This document shows, piece after piece, positions 9,094-17,736 of a stretch of 64,000 nucleotides of DNA (the first letter of the stretch is position 1; every line of letters begins with the position of its first letter). Source of the DNA: a virus; IMG/VR virus record IMGVR_UViG_3300044539_000111, positions 32,001 through 96,000 of that record. The stretch is one strand, 5' to 3'. Made by a program: the position numbers and the translations under genes. Under the pieces are notes generated by a model. That model was not told the DNA's origin. It did not search any database and was given only the letters and a program-made list of their open reading frames with translations.

Positions 9094-9527
9094 TGGAACT
9101 AATCCAAACTACAAACTTACATTTCCATGATTATAAATCAGACAAAGTTTACTATGCTGAACTTTGTAAAATTCCAAAAAGTAATCTTTGGAATATAAAT
9201 TTTGCTTATGGAAGAAGAGGTAACACGCTAGTTCATGGAACTAAAAATGAACAACCTCTTCCTCTTAATAAAGCATCAAGCATTTACATGAAGTTAGTCA
9301 ATTCTAAATTGTCTAAAGGGTATGGATACACAGATAATAATTGGGTATCTAATAATAGAACTAGAGCTTATTCTTCATTTGCCGCAGAAATGGTTAATGA
9401 AAAATATATGACTGAAGAAGAATACACAACAGTCACACGGATGTTATATTCCACAGATCCGGAAACAGTAAAATTAGCAGAAGTATTAATTGAAACTAAA
9501 GAAAAACAAAGATGGGAGCAGATTTAA
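9093..9527 (+). CDS. WGR-domain protein
   Basis: SDKVYYAEL...FAYGRRG...KLVNSKLSKGY matches the WGR pattern; C-terminal helical tag. Confidence 0.75.
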   Translation: MELIQTTNLHFHDYKSDKVYYAELCKIPKSNLWNINFAYGRRGNTLVHGTKNEQPLPLNKASSIYMKLVNSKLSKGYGYTDNNWVSNNRTRAYSSFAAEMVNEKYMTEEEYTTVTRMLYSTDPETVKLAEVLIETKEKQRWEQI

Positions 9528-10063
9528 TTGAAAGAACTATAAGAGCAAGAAACATTAAAGAAGCCTGGGATATTGTATATCGGGATGCAGAACACTATTC
9601 TGGACATCAAGAAGGATACTCCGGTGACTTCAACACATGCAGTTTTGATAGAGATGTTACATCAATGACAAAGACTAAAAGTTTTCGTGATCTTGATGAA
9701 TATATTACTGATGAATGCGATAAACGCTCAGCTTGGGGATATTGCATGGAAGAACCTGTTTCTAATACAAATAAGGTTAAATCTCAAGTAGATGTTACAC
9801 CTCAAAAAGGTACTCGTAAATGGGAAACAGTTTACAAAGCTGTCACTAGTTGGGAAGGTACAGAAGTTGCAAGAGATAAAAGCCAAACAGTTTGTATCAA
9901 AAAAGCAAGAGCTTATGTTGAAGCTAATCCAGATGTCAATGTAAAAGTAATTATTGCTAAAGAACTCACTGAAGGCATTAGCCAGTGTGCAACAATCACT
10001 TACAAAAAAGCAACAAAAGAAAAATTAGGTCTATACAAATTCATTGGATGGGCCGCATCTTAA
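9512..10063 (+). CDS. Hypothetical protein
   Basis: 183-aa ORF overlapping the previous gene. Confidence 0.75.
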   Translation: MGADLIERTIRARNIKEAWDIVYRDAEHYSGHQEGYSGDFNTCSFDRDVTSMTKTKSFRDLDEYITDECDKRSAWGYCMEEPVSNTNKVKSQVDVTPQKGTRKWETVYKAVTSWEGTEVARDKSQTVCIKKARAYVEANPDVNVKVIIAKELTEGISQCATITYKKATKEKLGLYKFIGWAAS

Positions 10064-10073
10064 ACTAATAATT

Positions 10074-12053
10074 ATGGCTAAAGCGTATGTATATGACTAT
10101 GAAACAGTAGCAAATTGCTTTTTAGCAGTGTTTATAAATGTCCAAAAACCAAGTGATATTATTTCATTTGAAGTGAGTGACACTCGGAACCAGTACACAG
10201 AATACATTGAGTTCATTCACAACTGCATTAATAACAAAACAATGCTGATTTCATACAACGGATTAAAGTTTGATACTCAGATTTCTCAATACCTATTATA
10301 CAACTGGAGTACACACAAAAATTCAACAGGTAGCCATATTGCTGCGTCAACTTATTTGATTGCACAAGATGTCATCAGAAGAAGCAATGCCAAAGAGTTT
10401 CCATTGTACAATCCAAAAGATAATCCATTCAGAGAATGTGATATTTTAGCCATAAACAATTATGATAATCCTGCTAAACGCTGTAGCCTTAAATGGCTGC
10501 AGTATAGCATGGACTGGCACAATGTAGAAGACATGAGTACTGACCACAGCAAACCTCACAATGACAAGGAAATCCTTATGTTGTTGAAGTATTGTATCAA
10601 TGACTGTCTATCTACAAGGGAACTGTTCTTTAAGAACAAAGCAGAAATATTGCTTAGAGGAGATCTGTCAAATCACTTTGAAATGAATTTGTCAAATCAC
10701 TCAGAACCTAAATTGGCTAAAAGTATTTTTCTCAAGTTGCTTTCTCAAAAGCTAGGTATTCCTGAGTATGAATTGAAAAAGAAAAAGACTTACAGGAAAG
10801 TAATTAACTTGAATGAAGCAATCCTTCCATACATTGAATTTAAAACGCCTGAGCTTAAAGCTACGCTATCTAAATTCAAAAAACTTAAACTGGATGGAGA
10901 AAACTTAAAAGGTAGCTTTCAACACAAAGTAACTTACAAAGGCTTAGAGTTTTCATTTGCTCTTGGTGGTATTCACGGTGCTAAAAAAGGTATTTACAAA
11001 TCAGATAAAGACTTTATCATCAAATCATTTGATGTAACTTCCTTTTATCCTAATTTGTCTATACGCAATAATTGGGCTCCAGGGCATATTAACAAAGAAG
11101 CATTCTGTGAAATCTATGAAAGTTTCTTTGAAGACAGAAAAAAGTATAGCAAAAAAGATCCATTGAATTATGTGTACAAAATTTTGCTAAACGCAACTTA
11201 CGGTTTGTCCAATGAAGATAACTCTTTCCTAAAGGACAGCATGTTTACAATGAAGATTACTTGCAATGGTCAGTTGCTTCTTGTCATGCTTATGGAAGAA
11301 CTATGTGAATCTATTCCAGGTGCAAGACCAGTGATGGTTAATACAGATGGTGGTGAAGTTATAATTCCGCGCGAATATGAAAAGTTGTATCATCAGATTT
11401 GTGAAAAATGGGAGGCTTTGACTAAGCTTCAATTAGAGTTTGAAGTATATGAAAAGCTTATCATTCCTGATGTAAACAATTACATTGGTATTTTTGCTGG
11501 AAAAGAAATTCCAAAAGAAGATGCCATCAATAAAATCAAGAATGACTTTCCTAAACCTCTTATTAAAAGAACAAGAGATGATAAATATTTTTTGTTTAAC
11601 ACTAAGAGTAAAGGTAGATTTGAAGTTGATAAACCGCTTCACAAGAACAAAAGTTTCAGGATTAAACGCTTGGCTTATTACAACTATTTTGTCCACAACC
11701 AAAGTGCTGAAAAAACATTGGAAGAAAACAAAAACATCTATGACTATTGTGCTGGTACTAGAGCAATTGGTGGATTTAAATTCCATCTAACTTGCTTTAC
11801 AGATAATAGATTAGATAGAACTGCCGCTCAGAAAACGCTTAGATACTACATGTCAACAAAAGGCTGTAAGATTCTTAAAGTCAAAGATGACAAGGTAATC
11901 AAAGTTGAAGCAAGTAAAAGTCTTGAACGCATCATGAACAAGTTTGAAAAGAAAGAATTTGATGACTATGAAATTGATACTCAGTTTTACCTGAGAGAAA
12001 TCAATAAAGAGATCAGAAAGATTGAACCAACAAATCAAAAACAATTATTTTAG
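10074..12053 (+). CDS. polB: Family B DNA polymerase (crAss-type); start reassigned to ATG 10074
   Basis: Exo I YDYET, Exo II YNGLKFD, Exo III YCINDC; polymerase motifs DVTSFYP, KILLNATYG and NTDG. Confidence 0.93.
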   Translation: MAKAYVYDYETVANCFLAVFINVQKPSDIISFEVSDTRNQYTEYIEFIHNCINNKTMLISYNGLKFDTQISQYLLYNWSTHKNSTGSHIAASTYLIAQDVIRRSNAKEFPLYNPKDNPFRECDILAINNYDNPAKRCSLKWLQYSMDWHNVEDMSTDHSKPHNDKEILMLLKYCINDCLSTRELFFKNKAEILLRGDLSNHFEMNLSNHSEPKLAKSIFLKLLSQKLGIPEYELKKKKTYRKVINLNEAILPYIEFKTPELKATLSKFKKLKLDGENLKGSFQHKVTYKGLEFSFALGGIHGAKKGIYKSDKDFIIKSFDVTSFYPNLSIRNNWAPGHINKEAFCEIYESFFEDRKKYSKKDPLNYVYKILLNATYGLSNEDNSFLKDSMFTMKITCNGQLLLVMLMEELCESIPGARPVMVNTDGGEVIIPREYEKLYHQICEKWEALTKLQLEFEVYEKLIIPDVNNYIGIFAGKEIPKEDAINKIKNDFPKPLIKRTRDDKYFLFNTKSKGRFEVDKPLHKNKSFRIKRLAYYNYFVHNQSAEKTLEENKNIYDYCAGTRAIGGFKFHLTCFTDNRLDRTAAQKTLRYYMSTKGCKILKVKDDKVIKVEASKSLERIMNKFEKKEFDDYEIDTQFYLREINKEIRKIEPTNQKQLF

Positions 12054-12054
12054 T

Positions 12055-13827
12055 ATGGTATCAAAAACACAAACAGAAGAGTATTTAAGAAAAACGCAAC
12101 TTCCGCTTGCAACAAAGTCTTACACAGTAATTTCTCACGGTGACATTATAGACGCTGTGAGAGATATGCTTGCTAAGCACGGATTCATTATTACAAATGA
12201 ATTATATAAAGCAGAATGCAACGGAGATGTAGCATTAGGTTTCATGCAAATTGAAACATTGAATGATCCAGATATGGCAATGACTTTTAACTGGACCAAT
12301 TCATATAACAAAATGGTCCGCTTCAGTTGCTCAATTGGTGGTTTCATTTATGACAACCAAGTGCCATTTGTTTCTACAAACAATCAAGCATCTTGGAATA
12401 GAAAACATACTGGAACAGCTTTAGAAGAAACTATGGAAGTTATTCAGGCCATGGTTGCATCAGCTGATCATCACTTTACTCAAATTGTAGACATGAAGAA
12501 CAAGTTCAAGTCAATTGATGTAAGCAGAAAAGAGTATGCAAAATTACTTGGGCTTCTTTATTTTGACAAACAAGTTATTTCTTCAACGCAAGTGGAGGTG
12601 ATTAAAAAAGAATATGATAAACCATCTTTTGATTACACTGACAAAGGAACTTTGTGGGAAGTTTACAAGATGATCATGTTTGGTATTGTTGATCAAGCAC
12701 CAAAAAATTGGTACAGACAACAAATGGACATTAATAGTTATGTTCAGGTTCTCTATAACATTGCTTCTATAGAACTAGAGAATGAAAATGAAGCAGGTGA
12801 AATGGAAGTAAGTGTAGTCAATGATGAAAGCGTAGAGATTTTAGATTTGCTAATTGCTTCAGAGGATGAAGTTATACCTGAATCTGAAACAAAGTTTGAA
12901 TGGGAAGCACCGGAAGTATCTGATAATCAAGCGGTGCAAGAAGAGGTAGAAATTATACCAGTTGTGCACCAGGAAGATATTATTGAATTTATTACTGACG
13001 AAGAAGAAGATGCGGTAATGGATTCCATGTTTACACCAATTCCTGCACATCATGAACCACTTATTCCTACTCAAGAAGAATTGGATGCTGAACATGTTGG
13101 TCCTCCTGAGATGTATTTAGGTGATGCTCCTGTAAATGAAATACAAAGCATTGATAACTTAATTGCTGCACAGAACATGGTACTTGATGCTAAATCTATA
13201 GGAACAGGTGAACCTTCTTTATTTGATGACATTGATGCTAAGAAAGAAAGATTGGAAGAAATCAGAACTGAATTAGACAATGAATCAATAAGCTATGGAG
13301 AACTTGTAGAGTTGGAAGAATTGACTGAATACATTGAAGAAGGTGATGTTCAATTATTACAAGCCGCAGGTGTTCCAGAGTTTGATGATAACATTCAAGA
13401 AATGGAATTACCAGACATGCTTGTTGAAACAAAAGAGATGACGCGTTCAGAAGTCATTGAAGAATATGGTGACATATTAACTGAAGAACAAATCAGCATA
13501 ATCAAAGAAGAACACGGTATCATTGAAACCGGTAGTCCAGATGATGGATTGATTGGTTCTACAGATGAAAGTCCTGAGAGCCTCTTTGATTTAATGGATG
13601 AGTATGATGAATCACAAGGGGAAGAAGTACCTTGGTTCACAGATGAAAATGCTACAAACAATGTAGATTTAGCTCCGAGTCTTATTCCGGACAGCATGCG
13701 TGAAGCAGTATCAGAGATACTAGCAGACAAGTACCAACGTAAACGCAGTGTAGTCAATACAATTGAAGACACAAATTACATGATATTTGAATTAGACTCC
13801 AAAGAGTTCTTTGTAGTTGACAAGTAA
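12055..13827 (+). CDS. DUF932-like N-terminal domain fused to a long acidic region; start reassigned to ATG 12055
   Basis: SYTVISH, NSYNK...FSCSIGG, RKHTG and TLWEVY resemble the DUF932 family; residues from about 250 to the end are very Glu/Asp-rich. Confidence 0.65.
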   Translation: MVSKTQTEEYLRKTQLPLATKSYTVISHGDIIDAVRDMLAKHGFIITNELYKAECNGDVALGFMQIETLNDPDMAMTFNWTNSYNKMVRFSCSIGGFIYDNQVPFVSTNNQASWNRKHTGTALEETMEVIQAMVASADHHFTQIVDMKNKFKSIDVSRKEYAKLLGLLYFDKQVISSTQVEVIKKEYDKPSFDYTDKGTLWEVYKMIMFGIVDQAPKNWYRQQMDINSYVQVLYNIASIELENENEAGEMEVSVVNDESVEILDLLIASEDEVIPESETKFEWEAPEVSDNQAVQEEVEIIPVVHQEDIIEFITDEEEDAVMDSMFTPIPAHHEPLIPTQEELDAEHVGPPEMYLGDAPVNEIQSIDNLIAAQNMVLDAKSIGTGEPSLFDDIDAKKERLEEIRTELDNESISYGELVELEELTEYIEEGDVQLLQAAGVPEFDDNIQEMELPDMLVETKEMTRSEVIEEYGDILTEEQISIIKEEHGIIETGSPDDGLIGSTDESPESLFDLMDEYDESQGEEVPWFTDENATNNVDLAPSLIPDSMREAVSEILADKYQRKRSVVNTIEDTNYMIFELDSKEFFVVDK

Positions 13828-13834
13828 TAATCCG

Positions 13835-13884
13835 TAGGTAGATGTGGTAGCCACGCGCAAGTGTGGTTACTATCATCACGCCTA
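13835..13884 (+). promoter_or_regulatory. Long intergenic RNA stem-loop with a GCAA tetraloop
   Basis: TAGG-TA-GATG-TGGTAGCCACGC-GCAA-GTGTGGTTACTA-T-CATC-ACG-CCTA: about 20 bp including three G-U pairs. Confidence 0.65.
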
Positions 13885-13898
13885 ATAAATCCCAACAA

Positions 13899-15209
13899 AT
13901 GACAATAAGTGACTTATTCAATGCCAGAAAAGTGGCAATAGATTTCACAGACGGACAGAAACAAGCACTCAACAAAGTGTTCAAGTTTCTAGAATCTGAT
14001 GACAACTTCTTTTTGCTTGCAGGTTATTCCGGTTGTGGTAAAACTACCATTGCAGAAAACATTGCAAACGCATGCAAAGCAACCCTACTTGCACCAACCA
14101 ACGCTGCAGTAAACAGATTAAAGGAAAAGATTGATAACTCCATGTTGGACTATTCAACCATTCATTCTGCTCTATTTGCCGCTGGTGACAAAAAAAATAC
14201 ATTCTTTGTAGATAAAACCCTAAGAGTGCGTGGCATTTACATTGTAGATGAATGCTCAATGATTGACAAGTATGTACTTGAAGTTCTCATCAAACAAGCC
14301 ACGGAGAAAAAATGTAAAATGATCTTCATGGGAGATAGTTTCCAACTAGAACCTGTAGGAGAAAACCCATTTATCTTCAACTGGGAAAAAAGTTATCCTG
14401 AGAGCTTCTTTAACCATAACCGGTATGAACTTACCGAAGTCAAAAGATATGACGGTTCACTGCTTAAAATCGCTACAGAAATGCGAATTAACAAGAAACC
14501 AAGGTTCCAGCAACCGGAAAATTCAGATTTAACTAGCGTTAAGAAGTTCAGCAAAGCTCTTGCTAAAGACATTAGCAGTGATGGCAACTATGTGGTATTA
14601 ACTTCTACCAATGAAAGACGCGTAGTTTACAATGAAAAAATCCGCGCTTATAAGTTCAGGGATAGAGAAATTGACAAGTATGCTCAAAACAATGACATCC
14701 TTGTGTCTGTATCTAATTCCGGTCCTTATTCTAATGGTGAGATTTATACAATCAATAACGCACAGTTAGTTTCTGAGTTTGAAGTTTGCATTGAAGGAAG
14801 AAAAGATGGAGATGTAAAGTCATTTACAGCTCTATTGTACAGACATGCATTCCACATGACGTTGTTGATTCCCAATTTAACCGAAGCCTCCCTCCATGGT
14901 CAACAGATTATTCAATCTATTAAGAATGGAACTACGATTGTACCAGATCATGTTTACAAAATTCTTGTAAACAAGTTTACTCCACGCAATGGTCCCACTA
15001 GATACTTCTTTAACAAAGATGTAATCATTGCTACTTATGGGTATGCAATCTCTTGTCACAAAGCTCAAGGACAAGAATGGGACAATGTTTACATTGACGC
15101 AGGTTGGTTAATGCCTGTATGGGATTCAGCAAAATGGTTTTACACCGCAATCACCAGAGCAAAATGCAAAGTAGAAGTAACACAAAACAAATACCTAAAA
15201 ATGGTTTAG
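13899..15209 (+). CDS. SF1B helicase (T4 Dda / RecD-like); start probably ATG 13899
   Basis: Q motif TDGQ, GYSGCGKT, APTNAA, IVDECSM, GDSFQLEPV, YAISCHKAQGQEW, YTAITRA. Confidence 0.9.
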   Translation: MTISDLFNARKVAIDFTDGQKQALNKVFKFLESDDNFFLLAGYSGCGKTTIAENIANACKATLLAPTNAAVNRLKEKIDNSMLDYSTIHSALFAAGDKKNTFFVDKTLRVRGIYIVDECSMIDKYVLEVLIKQATEKKCKMIFMGDSFQLEPVGENPFIFNWEKSYPESFFNHNRYELTEVKRYDGSLLKIATEMRINKKPRFQQPENSDLTSVKKFSKALAKDISSDGNYVVLTSTNERRVVYNEKIRAYKFRDREIDKYAQNNDILVSVSNSGPYSNGEIYTINNAQLVSEFEVCIEGRKDGDVKSFTALLYRHAFHMTLLIPNLTEASLHGQQIIQSIKNGTTIVPDHVYKILVNKFTPRNGPTRYFFNKDVIIATYGYAISCHKAQGQEWDNVYIDAGWLMPVWDSAKWFYTAITRAKCKVEVTQNKYLKMV

Positions 15210-15210
15210 T

Positions 15211-15486
15211 ATGGCATATTTAGATTTCAAAGTAACCAGCTGGAGAAGATACTACATTCCAGATAAAAAAGTAAAAAAAGTAATTGCAATGTTAAAAGCT
15301 TCTGATTGCGATGAAGTGTATGAGATTCATGAACTAGAAGGAGTTTATGAATTACATCAAGGTCCTGATCAAGAATGTGAAGAACCTATGATTCCTGCAG
15401 AAAATGGAGGCAGTGCAACACAAGAGTTGTACAATGAAGAAGGTAACATCATTTACAACAACAGTGAAAATCCTGATGAATACTAA
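15211..15486 (+). CDS. Small acidic hypothetical protein
   Basis: 91-aa ORF abutting both neighbours. Confidence 0.7.
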   Translation: MAYLDFKVTSWRRYYIPDKKVKKVIAMLKASDCDEVYEIHELEGVYELHQGPDQECEEPMIPAENGGSATQELYNEEGNIIYNNSENPDEY

Positions 15487-15657
15487 ATGATTTCAACAAA
15501 AAGAAGAACCATTGTTGATGCAATGCAAAAAAACAAGAAAGATTATTCAGACTTTATTCCTAAAGCCCTAGAAAATCATATCAGAGTAAAATTTAAATGT
15601 TCACTATATCTTGCGCGCTTATGTGCGCAGGATTTAATCTTAAAAAATCATGAGTAG
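15487..15657 (+). CDS. Small basic hypothetical protein (56 aa; not in the ORF track)
   Basis: MISTKRRTIVDAMQKNKKDYSDFIPKALENHIRVKFKCSLYLARLCAQDLILKNHE*; fills the gap exactly. Confidence 0.6.
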   Translation: MISTKRRTIVDAMQKNKKDYSDFIPKALENHIRVKFKCSLYLARLCAQDLILKNHE

Positions 15658-15868
15658 AATTATTGTAGAATATGATCCTGATTTGTCAGGTGAAGCAAAA
15701 GAGTTAATCAGAAATAACTGTACACCCTCAATGACATCAAATGATGGTGATTCAAATCAGTACAACATTGACTTTGTTCTGGCTGATTTATTTAGAGAAT
15801 TACCTGTAGAAGATAAAATTATAATACAGGCACTATCTGCAGATAATGTAGAATATATTGAGTTCTAA
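15650..15868 (+). CDS. Small acidic hypothetical protein
   Basis: 72 aa, coupled to the next gene (TAATG). Confidence 0.7.
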   Translation: MSRIIVEYDPDLSGEAKELIRNNCTPSMTSNDGDSNQYNIDFVLADLFRELPVEDKIIIQALSADNVEYIEF

Positions 15869-16080
15869 TGAAGTTTAAGAAAGATGTTGAGTTAATTGCA
15901 GAACTAGAACCAGAATTGGAAAGATTTCAAAAGAAGTTTTTGGAATATAAACACCGTATAGCTCTAGCTATGGTTAAAGATAACCAACCAACATATAGAG
16001 TTAAAGAAAGAGCAGGCTTAAAACGAGCAGCTCAAGATCTCAAAGAAGTATTGTACAAAATAAATAGACTAGCAGAATGA
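15868..16080 (+). CDS. Small helical hypothetical protein
   Basis: 70 aa, coupled at both ends. Confidence 0.7.
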   Translation: MKFKKDVELIAELEPELERFQKKFLEYKHRIALAMVKDNQPTYRVKERAGLKRAAQDLKEVLYKINRLAE

Positions 16081-16397
16081 GTAAAAAAATTAAAATAACA
16101 GAAAAAGCATTTTTAAACTGGTATTTTTCTGACACCGAAGATCTAATAACATTTGGACAAAACATGATTACTGAGTTACACACAGTAGGTTTTGTAAAAG
16201 AATCCGTACAAAGTCTATTAGACCGCTGCGGATATATTCCTGGACACCTATCTGAAAATCCAGATGATGATAAAGAATATGATCCAGAAGATGTAGAATT
16301 AATTTCTGAAAGAGAACCTGAACATTGTTACAAATGTGGTCATGAATATGACAACACTATGGATAATTTTTGTTCTAATTGTTTAGCTTCAAAATAA
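16077..16397 (+). CDS. Hypothetical protein with a C-terminal zinc ribbon
   Basis: CYKCG...FCSNC (CxxC-x10-CxxC). Confidence 0.7.
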   Translation: MSKKIKITEKAFLNWYFSDTEDLITFGQNMITELHTVGFVKESVQSLLDRCGYIPGHLSENPDDDKEYDPEDVELISEREPEHCYKCGHEYDNTMDNFCSNCLASK

Positions 16398-16403
16398 AAA
16401 ACC

Positions 16404-16502
16404 ATGGATGATAAAAATTGGTCAGCATTTTTGCACGGTTCCTTAATAGGAATACTTGCAGGAATTGGAATCACACTACTAACTTTAATGTTTTTCTCAT
16501 GA
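16404..16502 (+). CDS. 32-aa single-pass membrane peptide (not in the ORF track)
   Basis: MDDKNWSAFLHGSLIGILAGIGITLLTLMFFS*; ATGA overlap with the next gene. Confidence 0.6.
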   Translation: MDDKNWSAFLHGSLIGILAGIGITLLTLMFFS

Positions 16503-16729
16503 CAGAAATAGAAAAAGCAAAAGAAGTCTTGCGTGAAGCAGGATACTTTACTGATAACCTGTGGCACATTGATGATGTTAAACTACGATTTGCAGTATTT
16601 GATGCAGAAGATGCACAATCAATTTTAGAAACAGCGTTGACTAATGATTGGGTAATGGAACAAATCCATTATGGTATCAGTGAAGCTGCTTTAGATTTTA
16701 GATTTGAAAAACTAAAAATAACTAATTGA
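16499..16729 (+). CDS. Hypothetical protein; start reassigned to ATG 16499
   Basis: MTEIEKAKEVLREAGYFTDNLWHIDDV... Confidence 0.7.
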   Translation: MTEIEKAKEVLREAGYFTDNLWHIDDVKLRFAVFDAEDAQSILETALTNDWVMEQIHYGISEAALDFRFEKLKITN

Positions 16730-16730
16730 T

Positions 16731-16868
16731 ATGGACTTTGCAATAGGATTTGTTACCGGAGCCTTCATTATGTGGGCTATAGCAAAAAGACTTCAGGTTG
16801 AATGGAGAAAACAAATTGAAAAACTAAAAGACTTTGATGTCTGGAAAGAATGGAAAAATGAAAATTAA
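16731..16868 (+). CDS. 45-aa peptide with an N-terminal membrane anchor (not in the ORF track)
   Basis: MDFAIGFVTGAFIMWAIAKRLQVEWRKQIEKLKDFDVWKEWKNEN*; fills the gap. Confidence 0.6.
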   Translation: MDFAIGFVTGAFIMWAIAKRLQVEWRKQIEKLKDFDVWKEWKNEN

Positions 16869-17127
16869 ACTTCAAAAAACCAAGACAATCAGTGGTAATC
16901 TATACAGGTTATCACTGATTACTGAAGATTTTTACTTCTATAGTAACTATCAAGAAGGAGATGAAAACGGAAATACATTGATGTATGACCGGCAAACTGA
17001 TAAACTTTTGTCAGATAATTACTTTGCTTATACCGCATTTGAAGACCATCTTGAAAGAGAAGACTATCTATGGGTTAGCAGGTATCTAAAAAATTGTTAT
17101 ACTAAATACAAGAAAGAAAATGAGTAA
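16858..17127 (+). CDS. Hypothetical protein; start probably ATG 16858
   Basis: MKIKLQKTKTISGNLYRL... Confidence 0.65.
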   Translation: MKIKLQKTKTISGNLYRLSLITEDFYFYSNYQEGDENGNTLMYDRQTDKLLSDNYFAYTAFEDHLEREDYLWVSRYLKNCYTKYKKENE

Positions 17128-17335
17128 TGACAAACACATTTGGGAAGGTTGGACAGTGCAATCATTTATTGATGAGCTAGAACCAACATTTAATATGATC
17201 ATGAGTAATAACTCTTGGCAAAAACCGTTTACTTCTAAGCAGGAATTAAAGGATTGGTGCAAAGACAATCAACCTTATTACAAAAAGCACATTCCTGGAG
17301 TATATTCTTACTTTCTAAAGAAAACAAACCTGTAA
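17120..17335 (+). CDS. Small hypothetical protein
   Basis: 71 aa: IWEGWTVQSFIDEL...WCKDNQPYYKKHIP. Confidence 0.7.
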   Translation: MSNDKHIWEGWTVQSFIDELEPTFNMIMSNNSWQKPFTSKQELKDWCKDNQPYYKKHIPGVYSYFLKKTNL

Positions 17336-17350
17336 ACAACAAACAAATAT

Positions 17351-17734
17351 ATGGAACAACAAATTAAAATGGTGAGTGAGTTTCACCAAACATTCAAACA
17401 GAGCCAAAGTGACACACCTGTGTTACTTAGTAGTAAAGAATCAGTGTTAAGGCATGTTCTTGGCAAAGAGGAACTGGATGAATACATTATAGCTGTAGGA
17501 GAAGAAAACATGATTGAAATCTTGGATTCTTTGGCGGATCAGTTGTATATATTATTTGGAACAATCTGTAAACACGGATTGCAAAACCACATTATTTCTG
17601 CATTTAACTTAGTGCATCAGAATAATATGTCAAAGCTGGGACCAGATGGTAATCCAATCTTGAGAGAAGATGGTAAGATTATAAAACCACAAGGGTTCAA
17701 AAAAGTAGAATTAACTGACATATTAAAACTGTAG
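17351..17734 (+). CDS. MazG-like all-alpha NTP pyrophosphatase (PRA-PH / DR2231-like, possibly a dUTPase)
   Basis: VSEFH, KEELDEY...EILDSLADQLY (EExxE...DxxxD), VHQNNMSK, REDGKIIKP. Confidence 0.85.
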   Translation: MEQQIKMVSEFHQTFKQSQSDTPVLLSSKESVLRHVLGKEELDEYIIAVGEENMIEILDSLADQLYILFGTICKHGLQNHIISAFNLVHQNNMSKLGPDGNPILREDGKIIKPQGFKKVELTDILKL

Positions 17735-17736
17735 CT

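Noticed and set aside
10665-10701. Short direct repeat TGTCAAATCACT in polB
   Set aside because: It encodes a local LSNH peptide repeat; there is no evidence of a separate function.
10074-12053. Intein or intron in the DNA polymerase
   Set aside because: Motifs are normally spaced in a compact ~660-aa protein, with no intein splice motifs or homing endonuclease seen.
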